Assembly (NCBI RefSeq): GCF_009914755.1
Contig: NC_060942.1
Strand: one strand, 5' to 3'
Origin: the human T2T-CHM13v2.0 reference genome, Homo sapiens
Length of the DNA: 64,000 nt
Each line of letters begins with the position of its first letter. Position 1 is the stretch's first letter. The translations under genes and the position numbers were made by a program. This document shows, piece after piece, positions 1 through 10,900 of the stretch. The notes beneath the pieces were generated by a model. It was given only the letters and a program-made list of their open reading frames with translations. It had not been told where the DNA came from and did no database searches.

Positions 1-79
1 GAACCTTTCTTTTCATAGAGAAGTTTTGAAACGCTCTTTTTGTGGAATCTGCAAGTGGATATTTGGCTAGTTTTGAGGA

Positions 80-96
80 TTTCGTTGGAAGCGGGA
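80..96 (+). promoter_or_regulatory. CENP-B box 1 of 6 per HOR (repeats every 2,035 bp)
   Basis: TTTCGTTGGAAGCGGGA matches the canonical YTTCGTTGGAARCGGGA and overlaps the EcoRI site at 95-100. Confidence 0.97.
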
Positions 97-417
97 ATTC
101 ATACAAATTGCAGACTGCAGCGTTCTGAGAAACATCTTTGTGATGTTTGTATTCAGGACACAGAGTTGAACATTCCCTATCATAGAGCAGGTTTGAATCA
201 CTCCTTTTGTAGTATCTGGAAGTGGACATTTGGAGCGCTTTCAGGCCTATGTTGGAAAAGGAAATATCTTCCCATAACAACTAGACAGAAGCATTCTCAG
301 AAACTTATTTGAGATGTGTGTACTCAACTAAGAGAATTGAACCACCGTTTTGAAGGAGCAGTTTTGAAACTCTCTTTTTCTGGAATCTGCAAGTGGATAT
401 TTGGCTAGCTTTGGGGA

Positions 418-434
418 TTTCGCTGGAAGCGGGA
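418..434 (+). promoter_or_regulatory. CENP-B box 2 of 6 (variant, core intact)
   Basis: TTTCGCTGGAAGCGGGA. T>C at non-core position 6; the core NTTCGNNNNANNCGGGN is preserved. Confidence 0.92.
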
Positions 435-583
435 ATACATATAAAAAGCACACAGCAGCGTTCTGAGAAACTGCTTTCTGATGTTTGCATTCAAGTCAAA
501 AGTTGAACACTCCCTTTCATAGAGCAGTCCTGAAACACCCCTTTTGTAGTATCTGGAACTGGACTTTTGGAGCGATTTCAGGG

Positions 584-600
584 CTAAGGTGAAAAAGGAA
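584..600 (+). promoter_or_regulatory. A-box / pJalpha-like motif in a box-less monomer
   Basis: CTAAGGTGAAAAAGGAA lies at the position homologous to the CENP-B box and resembles the A-type monomer pJalpha motif. Protein binding cannot be shown from sequence. Confidence 0.65.
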
Positions 601-754
601 ATATCTTCCCATAAAAACTGGACAGAAGCATTCTCAGAAACTTGTTTATGCTGTATCTACTCAACTAACAAAGTTGAACCTTTCTTTTGATAGAGCAGTT
701 TTGAAATGGTCTTTTTGTGGAATCTGCAAGTGGATATTTGGCTAGTTTTGAGGA

Positions 755-771
755 TTTCGTTGGAAGCGGGA
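755..771 (+). promoter_or_regulatory. CENP-B box 3 of 6
   Basis: TTTCGTTGGAAGCGGGA, canonical, overlapping the EcoRI site at 770-775. Confidence 0.97.
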
Positions 772-1092
772 ATTCATACAAATTGCAGACTGCAGCGTTC
801 TGAGAAACATCTTTGTGATGTTTGTATTCAGGACACAGAGTTGAACATTCCCTATCATAGAGCAGGTTGGAATCACTCCTTTTGTAGTATCTGGAAGTGG
901 ACATTTGGAGCGCTTTCAGGCCTATTTTGGAAAGGGAAATATCTTCCCGTAACAACTATGCAGAAGCATTCTCAGAAACTTGTTTGTGATGTGTGCCCTC
1001 TACTGACAGAGTTGAACCTTTCTTTTCATAGAGCAGTTTTGAAACACTCTTTTTGTAGAATCTGCAAGAGGATATTTGCATAGCTTTGAGGA

Positions 1093-1109
1093 TTTCGTGG
1101 GAAACGGGA
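1093..1109 (+). promoter_or_regulatory. CENP-B box 4 of 6 (variant, core intact)
   Basis: TTTCGTGGGAAACGGGA. T>G at non-core position 7; the core is preserved. Confidence 0.92.
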
Positions 1110-1434
1110 TTGTCTTCAGGTAAAATCTAGACAGAAGCATTCTCAGAAACTTCTTTGGGATGTTTGCATTCAAGTCACAGAGTAGAACATTCCCTTTGGT
1201 AGAGCAGGTTTGAAACACTCTTTTTGTAGTATCTGGAAGTGGACATTTGGAGCGCTTTCAGGCCCATGTTGGAAAGGGAAATATCTTCCCGTAACAACTA
1301 GGCAGAAGCATTCTCAGAAACTTATTTGAGATGTGTGTACTCAACTAAGAGAATTGAACCACCGTTTTGAAGGAGCAGTTTTGAAACACTCTTTTTCTGG
1401 AATCTGCAAGAGTATATTTGCCTAGCCTTGAGGA

Positions 1435-1451
1435 TTTCGTTGGAAACGGGA
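1435..1451 (+). promoter_or_regulatory. CENP-B box 5 of 6
   Basis: TTTCGTTGGAAACGGGA, canonical. Confidence 0.97.
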
Positions 1452-1776
1452 TTGTCTTCAGAGAAAATCTAGACAGAAGCATTCTCAGAAACTTCTTTGG
1501 GATGCTTGCATTCAAGTCACAGAGTAGAACATTCCCTTTGGTAGAGCAGGTTTGAAACACTCTTTTTGTAGTATCTGGAAGTGGACATTTGGAGCGCTTT
1601 CAGGCCTACGTTGGAAAAGGAAATATCTTCCCATAACAACTAGACAGAAGCATTCTCAGAAACTAGTTTCTGATGTGTGTCCTCAACTAACACAGTTGAA
1701 CATTTCTTTAGACAGAACAGTTTTGAAACACTCTTTTTGTGGAATCTGCAAGTGGCTATTTGGCTAGATTTGAGGA

Positions 1777-1793
1777 TTTCGTTGGAAACGGGA
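1777..1793 (+). promoter_or_regulatory. CENP-B box 6 of 6
   Basis: TTTCGTTGGAAACGGGA, canonical. Box spacing across the unit is 338, 337, 338, 342, 342 and 338 bp. Confidence 0.97.
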
Positions 1794-1943
1794 TTACATA
1801 TAAAAAGCAGTCAGCGGCATTCTCAGAAAGTTCTTTGTGATGATTGCATTCAAGTCACAGAATTGAACATTCCCTTTCACAGAGCAGGTTTGAAACACTC
1901 TTTTTGTAGTGTGTGTAAGTGGACATTTGGAGCACTTACCGGC

Positions 1944-1960
1944 CTAAGGTGAAAAAGGAA
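1944..1960 (+). promoter_or_regulatory. A-box / pJalpha-like motif in a box-less monomer
   Basis: CTAAGGTGAAAAAGGAA, identical to 584-600 and 1,360 bp downstream of it. Confidence 0.65.
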
Positions 1961-4900
1961 ATATCTTCCCATAAAAACTAGACAGAAGCATTCTCAGAAA
2001 CTTACTCGTGATGTGTGTCCTCAACTAAAGGAGTAGAACCTTTCTTTTCATAGAGAAGTTTTGAAACGCTCTTTTTGTGGAATCTGCAAGTGGATATTTG
2101 GCTAGTTTTGAGGATTTCGTTGGAAGCGGGAATTCATACAAATTGCAGACTGCAGCGTTCTGAGAAACATCTTTGTGATGTTTGTATTCAGGACACAGAG
2201 TTGAACATTCCCTATCATAGAGCAGGTTTGAATCACTCCTTTTGTAGTATCTGGAAGTGGACATTTGGAGCGCTTTCAGGCCTATGTTGGAAAAGGAAAT
2301 ATCTTCCCATAACAACTAGACAGAAGCATTCTCAGAAACTTATTTGAGATGTGTGTACTCAACTAAGAGAATTGAACCACCGTTTTGAAGGAGCAGTTTT
2401 GAAACTCTCTTTTTCTGGAATCTGCAAGTGGATATTTGGCTAGCTTTGGGGATTTCGCTGGAAGCGGGAATACATATAAAAAGCACACAGCAGCGTTCTG
2501 AGAAACTGCTTTCTGATGTTTGCATTCAAGTCAAAAGTTGAACACTCCCTTTCATAGAGCAGTCCTGAAACACCCCTTTTGTAGTATCTGGAACTGGACT
2601 TTTGGAGCGATTTCAGGGCTAAGGTGAAAAAGGAAATATCTTCCCATAAAAACTGGACAGAAGCATTCTCAGAAACTTGTTTATGCTGTATCTACTCAAC
2701 TAACAAAGTTGAACCTTTCTTTTGATAGAGCAGTTTTGAAATGGTCTTTTTGTGGAATCTGCAAGTGGATATTTGGCTAGTTTTGAGGATTTCGTTGGAA
2801 GCGGGAATTCATACAAATTGCAGACTGCAGCGTTCTGAGAAACATCTTTGTGATGTTTGTATTCAGGACACAGAGTTGAACATTCCCTATCATAGAGCAG
2901 GTTGGAATCACTCCTTTTGTAGTATCTGGAAGTGGACATTTGGAGCGCTTTCAGGCCTATTTTGGAAAGGGAAATATCTTCCCGTAACAACTATGCAGAA
3001 GCATTCTCAGAAACTTGTTTGTGATGTGTGCCCTCTACTGACAGAGTTGAACCTTTCTTTTCATAGAGCAGTTTTGAAACACTCTTTTTGTAGAATCTGC
3101 AAGAGGATATTTGCATAGCTTTGAGGATTTCGTGGGAAACGGGATTGTCTTCAGGTAAAATCTAGACAGAAGCATTCTCAGAAACTTCTTTGGGATGTTT
3201 GCATTCAAGTCACAGAGTAGAACATTCCCTTTGGTAGAGCAGGTTTGAAACACTCTTTTTGTAGTATCTGGAAGTGGACATTTGGAGCGCTTTCAGGCCC
3301 ATGTTGGAAAGGGAAATATCTTCCCGTAACAACTAGGCAGAAGCATTCTCAGAAACTTATTTGAGATGTGTGTACTCAACTAAGAGAATTGAACCACCGT
3401 TTTGAAGGAGCAGTTTTGAAACACTCTTTTTCTGGAATCTGCAAGAGTATATTTGCCTAGCCTTGAGGATTTCGTTGGAAACGGGATTGTCTTCAGAGAA
3501 AATCTAGACAGAAGCATTCTCAGAAACTTCTTTGGGATGCTTGCATTCAAGTCACAGAGTAGAACATTCCCTTTGGTAGAGCAGGTTTGAAACACTCTTT
3601 TTGTAGTATCTGGAAGTGGACATTTGGAGCGCTTTCAGGCCTACGTTGGAAAAGGAAATATCTTCCCATAACAACTAGACAGAAGCATTCTCAGAAACTA
3701 GTTTCTGATGTGTGTCCTCAACTAACACAGTTGAACATTTCTTTAGACAGAACAGTTTTGAAACACTCTTTTTGTGGAATCTGCAAGTGGCTATTTGGCT
3801 AGATTTGAGGATTTCGTTGGAAACGGGATTACATATAAAAAGCAGTCAGCGGCATTCTCAGAAAGTTCTTTGTGATGATTGCATTCAAGTCACAGAATTG
3901 AACATTCCCTTTCACAGAGCAGGTTTGAAACACTCTTTTTGTAGTGTGTGTAAGTGGACATTTGGAGCACTTACCGGCCTAAGGTGAAAAAGGAAATATC
4001 TTCCCATAAAAACTAGACAGAAGCATTCTCAGAAACTTACTCGTGATGTGTGTCCTCAACTAAAGGAGTAGAACCTTTCTTTTCATAGAGAAGTTTTGAA
4101 ACGCTCTTTTTGTGGAATCTGCAAGTGGATATTTGGCTAGTTTTGAGGATTTCGTTGGAAGCGGGAATTCATACAAATTGCAGACTGCAGCGTTCTGAGA
4201 AACATCTTTGTGATGTTTGTATTCAGGACACAGAGTTGAACATTCCCTATCATAGAGCAGGTTTGAATCACTCCTTTTGTAGTATCTGGAAGTGGACATT
4301 TGGAGCGCTTTCAGGCCTATGTTGGAAAAGGAAATATCTTCCCATAACAACTAGACAGAAGCATTCTCAGAAACTTATTTGAGATGTGTGTACTCAACTA
4401 AGAGAATTGAACCACCGTTTTGAAGGAGCAGTTTTGAAACTCTCTTTTTCTGGAATCTGCAAGTGGATATTTGGCTAGCTTTGGGGATTTCGCTGGAAGC
4501 GGGAATACATATAAAAAGCACACAGCAGCGTTCTGAGAAACTGCTTTCTGATGTTTGCATTCAAGTCAAAAGTTGAACACTCCCTTTCATAGAGCAGTCC
4601 TGAAACACCCCTTTTGTAGTATCTGGAACTGGACTTTTGGAGCGATTTCAGGGCTAAGGTGAAAAAGGAAATATCTTCCCATAAAAACTGGACAGAAGCA
4701 TTCTCAGAAACTTGTTTATGCTGTATCTACTCAACTAACAAAGTTGAACCTTTCTTTTGATAGAGCAGTTTTGAAATGGTCTTTTTGTGGAATCTGCAAG
4801 TGGATATTTGGCTAGTTTTGAGGATTTCGTTGGAAGCGGGAATTCATACAAATTGCAGACTGCAGCGTTCTGAGAAACATCTTTGTGATGTTTGTATTCA

Positions 4901-7900
4901 GGACACAGAGTTGAACATTCCCTATCATAGAGCAGGTTGGAATCACTCCTTTTGTAGTATCTGGAAGTGGACATTTGGAGCGCTTTCAGGCCTATTTTGG
5001 AAAGGGAAATATCTTCCCGTAACAACTATGCAGAAGCATTCTCAGAAACTTGTTTGTGATGTGTGCCCTCTACTGACAGAGTTGAACCTTTCTTTTCATA
5101 GAGCAGTTTTGAAACACTCTTTTTGTAGAATCTGCAAGAGGATATTTGCATAGCTTTGAGGATTTCGTGGGAAACGGGATTGTCTTCAGGTAAAATCTAG
5201 ACAGAAGCATTCTCAGAAACTTCTTTGGGATGTTTGCATTCAAGTCACAGAGTAGAACATTCCCTTTGGTAGAGCAGGTTTGAAACACTCTTTTTGTAGT
5301 ATCTGGAAGTGGACATTTGGAGCGCTTTCAGGCCCATGTTGGAAAGGGAAATATCTTCCCGTAACAACTAGGCAGAAGCATTCTCAGAAACTTATTTGAG
5401 ATGTGTGTACTCAACTAAGAGAATTGAACCACCGTTTTGAAGGAGCAGTTTTGAAACACTCTTTTTCTGGAATCTGCAAGAGTATATTTGCCTAGCCTTG
5501 AGGATTTCGTTGGAAACGGGATTGTCTTCAGAGAAAATCTAGACAGAAGCATTCTCAGAAACTTCTTTGGGATGCTTGCATTCAAGTCACAGAGTAGAAC
5601 ATTCCCTTTGGTAGAGCAGGTTTGAAACACTCTTTTTGTAGTATCTGGAAGTGGACATTTGGAGCGCTTTCAGGCCTACGTTGGAAAAGGAAATATCTTC
5701 CCATAACAACTAGACAGAAGCATTCTCAGAAACTAGTTTCTGATGTGTGTCCTCAACTAACACAGTTGAACATTTCTTTAGACAGAACAGTTTTGAAACA
5801 CTCTTTTTGTGGAATCTGCAAGTGGCTATTTGGCTAGATTTGAGGATTTCGTTGGAAACGGGATTACATATAAAAAGCAGTCAGCGGCATTCTCAGAAAG
5901 TTCTTTGTGATGATTGCATTCAAGTCACAGAATTGAACATTCCCTTTCACAGAGCAGGTTTGAAACACTCTTTTTGTAGTGTGTGTAAGTGGACATTTGG
6001 AGCACTTACCGGCCTAAGGTGAAAAAGGAAATATCTTCCCATAAAAACTAGACAGAAGCATTCTCAGAAACTTACTCGTGATGTGTGTCCTCAACTAAAG
6101 GGGTAGAACCTTTCTTTTCATAGAGAAGTTTTGAAACGCTCTTTTTGTGGAATCTGCAAGTGGATATTTGGCTAGTTTTGAGGATTTCGTTGGAAGCGGG
6201 AATTCATACAAATTGCAGACTGCAGCGTTCTGAGAAACATCTTTGTGATGTTTGTATTCAGGACACAGAGTTGAACATTCCCTATCATAGAGCAGGTTTG
6301 AATCACTCCTTTTGTAGTATCTGGAAGTGGACATTTGGAGCGCTTTCAGGCCTATGTTGGAAAAGGAAATATCTTCCCATAACAACTAGACAGAAGCATT
6401 CTCAGAAACTTATTTGAGATGTGTGTACTCAACTAAGAGAATTGAACCACCGTTTTGAAGGAGCAGTTTTGAAACTCTCTTTTTCTGGAATCTGCAAGTG
6501 GATATTTGGCTAGCTTTGGGGATTTCGCTGGAAGCGGGAATACATATAAAAAGCACACAGCAGCGTTCTGAGAAACTGCTTTCTGATGTTTGCATTCAAG
6601 TCAAAAGTTGAACACTCCCTTTCATAGAGCAGTCCTGAAACACCCCTTTTGTAGTATCTGGAACTGGACTTTTGGAGCGATTTCAGGGCTAAGGTGAAAA
6701 AGGAAATATCTTCCCATAAAAACTGGACAGAAGCATTCTCAGAAACTTGTTTATGCTGTATCTACTCAACTAACAAAGTTGAACCTTTCTTTTGATAGAG
6801 CAGTTTTGAAATGGTCTTTTTGTGGAATCTGCAAGTGGATATTTGGCTAGTTTTGAGGATTTCGTTGGAAGCGGGAATTCATACAAATTGCAGACTGCAG
6901 CGTTCTGAGAAACATCTTTGTGATGTTTGTATTCAGGACACAGAGTTGAACATTCCCTATCATAGAGCAGGTTGGAATCACTCCTTTTGTAGTATCTGGA
7001 AGTGGACATTTGGAGCGCTTTCAGGCCTATTTTGGAAAGGGAAATATCTTCCCGTAACAACTATGCAGAAGCATTCTCAGAAACTTGTTTGTGATGTGTG
7101 CCCTCTACTGACAGAGTTGAACCTTTCTTTTCATAGAGCAGTTTTGAAACACTCTTTTTGTAGAATCTGCAAGAGGATATTTGCATAGCTTTGAGGATTT
7201 CGTGGGAAACGGGATTGTCTTCAGGTAAAATCTAGACAGAAGCATTCTCAGAAACTTCTTTGGGATGTTTGCATTCAAGTCACAGAGTAGAACATTCCCT
7301 TTGGTAGAGCAGGTTTGAAACACTCTTTTTGTAGTATCTGGAAGTGGACATTTGGAGCGCTTTCAGGCCCATGTTGGAAAGGGAAATATCTTCCCGTAAC
7401 AACTAGGCAGAAGCATTCTCAGAAACTTATTTGAGATGTGTGTACTCAACTAAGAGAATTGAACCACCGTTTTGAAGGAGCAGTTTTGAAACACTCTTTT
7501 TCTGGAATCTGCAAGAGTATATTTGCCTAGCCTTGAGGATTTCGTTGGAAACGGGATTGTCTTCAGAGAAAATCTAGACAGAAGCATTCTCAGAAACTTC
7601 TTTGGGATGCTTGCATTCAAGTCACAGAGTAGAACATTCCCTTTGGTAGAGCAGGTTTGAAACACTCTTTTTGTAGTATCTGGAAGTGGACATTTGGAGC
7701 GCTTTCAGGCCTACGTTGGAAAAGGAAATATCTTCCCATAACAACTAGACAGAAGCATTCTCAGAAACTAGTTTCTGATGTGTGTCCTCAACTAACACAG
7801 TTGAACATTTCTTTAGACAGAACAGTTTTGAAACACTCTTTTTGTGGAATCTGCAAGTGGCTATTTGGCTAGATTTGAGGATTTCGTTGGAAACGGGATT

Positions 7901-10900
7901 ACATATAAAAAGCAGTCAGCGGCATTCTCAGAAAGTTCTTTGTGATGATTGCATTCAAGTCACAGAATTGAACATTCCCTTTCACAGAGCAGGTTTGAAA
8001 CACTCTTTTTGTAGTGTGTGTAAGTGGACATTTGGAGCACTTACCGGCCTAAGGTGAAAAAGGAAATATCTTCCCATAAAAACTAGACAGAAGCATTCTC
8101 AGAAACTTACTCGTGATGTGTGTCCTCAACTAAAGGAGTAGAACCTTTCTTTTCATAGAGAAGTTTTGAAACGCTCTTTTTGTGGAATCTGCAAGTGGAT
8201 ATTTGGCTAGTTTTGAGGATTTCGTTGGAAGCGGGAATTCATACAAATTGCAGACTGCAGCGTTCTGAGAAACATCTTTGTGATGTTTGTATTCAGGACA
8301 CAGAGTTGAACATTCCCTATCATAGAGCAGGTTTGAATCACTCCTTTTGTAGTATCTGGAAGTGGACATTTGGAGCGCTTTCAGGCCTATGTTGGAAAAG
8401 GAAATATCTTCCCATAACAACTAGACAGAAGCATTCTCAGAAACTTATTTGAGATGTGTGTACTCAACTAAGAGAATTGAACCACCGTTTTGAAGGAGCA
8501 GTTTTGAAACTCTCTTTTTCTGGAATCTGCAAGTGGATATTTGGCTAGCTTTGGGGATTTCGCTGGAAGCGGGAATACATATAAAAAGCACACAGCAGCG
8601 TTCTGAGAAACTGCTTTCTGATGTTTGCATTCAAGTCAAAAGTTGAACACTCCCTTTCATAGAGCAGTCCTGAAACACCCCTTTTGTAGTATCTGGAACT
8701 GGACTTTTGGAGCGATTTCAGGGCTAAGGTGAAAAAGGAAATATCTTCCCATAAAAACTGGACAGAAGCATTCTCAGAAACTTGTTTATGCTGTATCTAC
8801 TCAACTAACAAAGTTGAACCTTTCTTTTGATAGAGCAGTTTTGAAATGGTCTTTTTGTGGAATCTGCAAGTGGATATTTGGCTAGTTTTGAGGATTTCGT
8901 TGGAAGCGGGAATTCATACAAATTGCAGACTGCAGCGTTCTGAGAAACATCTTTGTGATGTTTGTATTCAGGACACAGAGTTGAACATTCCCTATCATAG
9001 AGCAGGTTGGAATCACTCCTTTTGTAGTATCTGGAAGTGGACATTTGGAGCGCTTTCAGGCCTATTTTGGAAAGGGAAATATCTTCCCGTAACAACTATG
9101 CAGAAGCATTCTCAGAAACTTGTTTGTGATGTGTGCCCTCTACTGACAGAGTTGAACCTTTCTTTTCATAGAGCAGTTTTGAAACACTCTTTTTGTAGAA
9201 TCTGCAAGAGGATATTTGCATAGCTTTGAGGATTTCGTGGGAAACGGGATTGTCTTCAGGTAAAATCTAGACAGAAGCATTCTCAGAAACTTCTTTGGGA
9301 TGTTTGCATTCAAGTCACAGAGTAGAACATTCCCTTTGGTAGAGCAGGTTTGAAACACTCTTTTTGTAGTATCTGGAAGTGGACATTTGGAGCGCTTTCA
9401 GGCCCATGTTGGAAAGGGAAATATCTTCCCGTAACAACTAGGCAGAAGCATTCTCAGAAACTTATTTGAGATGTGTGTACTCAACTAAGAGAATTGAACC
9501 ACCGTTTTGAAGGAGCAGTTTTGAAACACTCTTTTTCTGGAATCTGCAAGAGTATATTTGCCTAGCCTTGAGGATTTCGTTGGAAACGGGATTGTCTTCA
9601 GAGAAAATCTAGACAGAAGCATTCTCAGAAACTTCTTTGGGATGCTTGCATTCAAGTCACAGAGTAGAACATTCCCTTTGGTAGAGCAGGTTTGAAACAC
9701 TCTTTTTGTAGTATCTGGAAGTGGACATTTGGAGCGCTTTCAGGCCTACGTTGGAAAAGGAAATATCTTCCCATAACAACTAGACAGAAGCATTCTCAGA
9801 AACTAGTTTCTGATGTGTGTCCTCAACTAACACAGTTGAACATTTCTTTAGACAGAACAGTTTTGAAACACTCTTTTTGTGGAATCTGCAAGTGGCTATT
9901 TGGCTAGATTTGAGGATTTCGTTGGAAACGGGATTACATATAAAAAGCAGTCAGCGGCATTCTCAGAAAGTTCTTTGTGATGATTGCATTCAAGTCACAG
10001 AATTGAACATTCCCTTTCACAGAGCAGGTTTGAAACACTCTTTTTGTAGTGTGTGTAAGTGGACATTTGGAGCACTTACCGGCCTAAGGTGAAAAAGGAA
10101 ATATCTTCCCATAAAAACTAGACAGAAGCATTCTCAGAAACTTACTCGTGATGTGTGTCCTCAACTAAAGGAGTAGAACCTTTCTTTTCATAGAGAAGTT
10201 TTGAAACGCTCTTTTTGTGGAATCTGCAAGTGGATATTTGGCTAGTTTTGAGGATTTCGTTGGAAGCGGGAATTCATACAAATTGCAGACTGCAGCGTTC
10301 TGAGAAACATCTTTGTGATGTTTGTATTCAGGACACAGAGTTGAACATTCCCTATCATAGAGCAGGTTTGAATCACTCCTTTTGTAGTATCTGGAAGTGG
10401 ACATTTGGAGCGCTTTCAGGCCTATGTTGGAAAAGGAAATATCTTCCCATAACAACTAGACAGAAGCATTCTCAGAAACTTATTTGAGATGTGTGTACTC
10501 AACTAAGAGAATTGAACCACCGTTTTGAAGGAGCAGTTTTGAAACTCTCTTTTTCTGGAATCTGCAAGTGGATATTTGGCTAGCTTTGGGGATTTCGCTG
10601 GAAGCGGGAATACATATAAAAAGCACACAGCAGCGTTCTGAGAAACTGCTTTCTGATGTTTGCATTCAAGTCAAAAGTTGAACACTCCCTTTCATAGAGC
10701 AGTCCTGAAACACCCCTTTTGTAGTATCTGGAACTGGACTTTTGGAGCGATTTCAGGGCTAAGGTGAAAAAGGAAATATCTTCCCATAAAAACTGGACAG
10801 AAGCATTCTCAGAAACTTGTTTATGCTGTATCTACTCAACTAACAAAGTTGAACCTTTCTTTTGATAGAGCAGTTTTGAAATGGTCTTTTTGTGGAATCT

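Larger units (their letters stand above)
121..2155 (+). repeat. One complete HOR unit, 12 monomers (representative copy)
   Basis: Monomer starts at C(A/G)TTCT(C/G)AGAAA: 121, 292, 459, 629, 796, 967, 1138, 1309, 1480, 1651, 1818, 1989, next 2156. Lengths 171,167,170,167,171,171,171,171,171,167,171,167 sum to 2,035. Confidence 0.97.

Noticed and set aside
109-119. Small dyads such as TGCAG-A-CTGCA and TTCT(C/G)AGAA as cruciform or terminator candidates
   Set aside because: The arms are only 4-5 bp, expected by chance and common in alpha-satellite. Nothing supports a stable structure.
439-447. TATA-like ATATAAAAA next to CENP-B boxes (also near 1798)
   Set aside because: It is an AT-rich segment of the 167-bp monomers. 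Alpha-satellite transcription is known, but a promoter cannot be supported from this motif alone.
706-1083. Longest ORF (125 aa, Cys/His-rich, superficially zinc-finger-like)
   Set aside because: The Cys/His content comes from TGT and CAY triplets in the monomer consensus. There is no C2H2 or RING spacing and no gene context.
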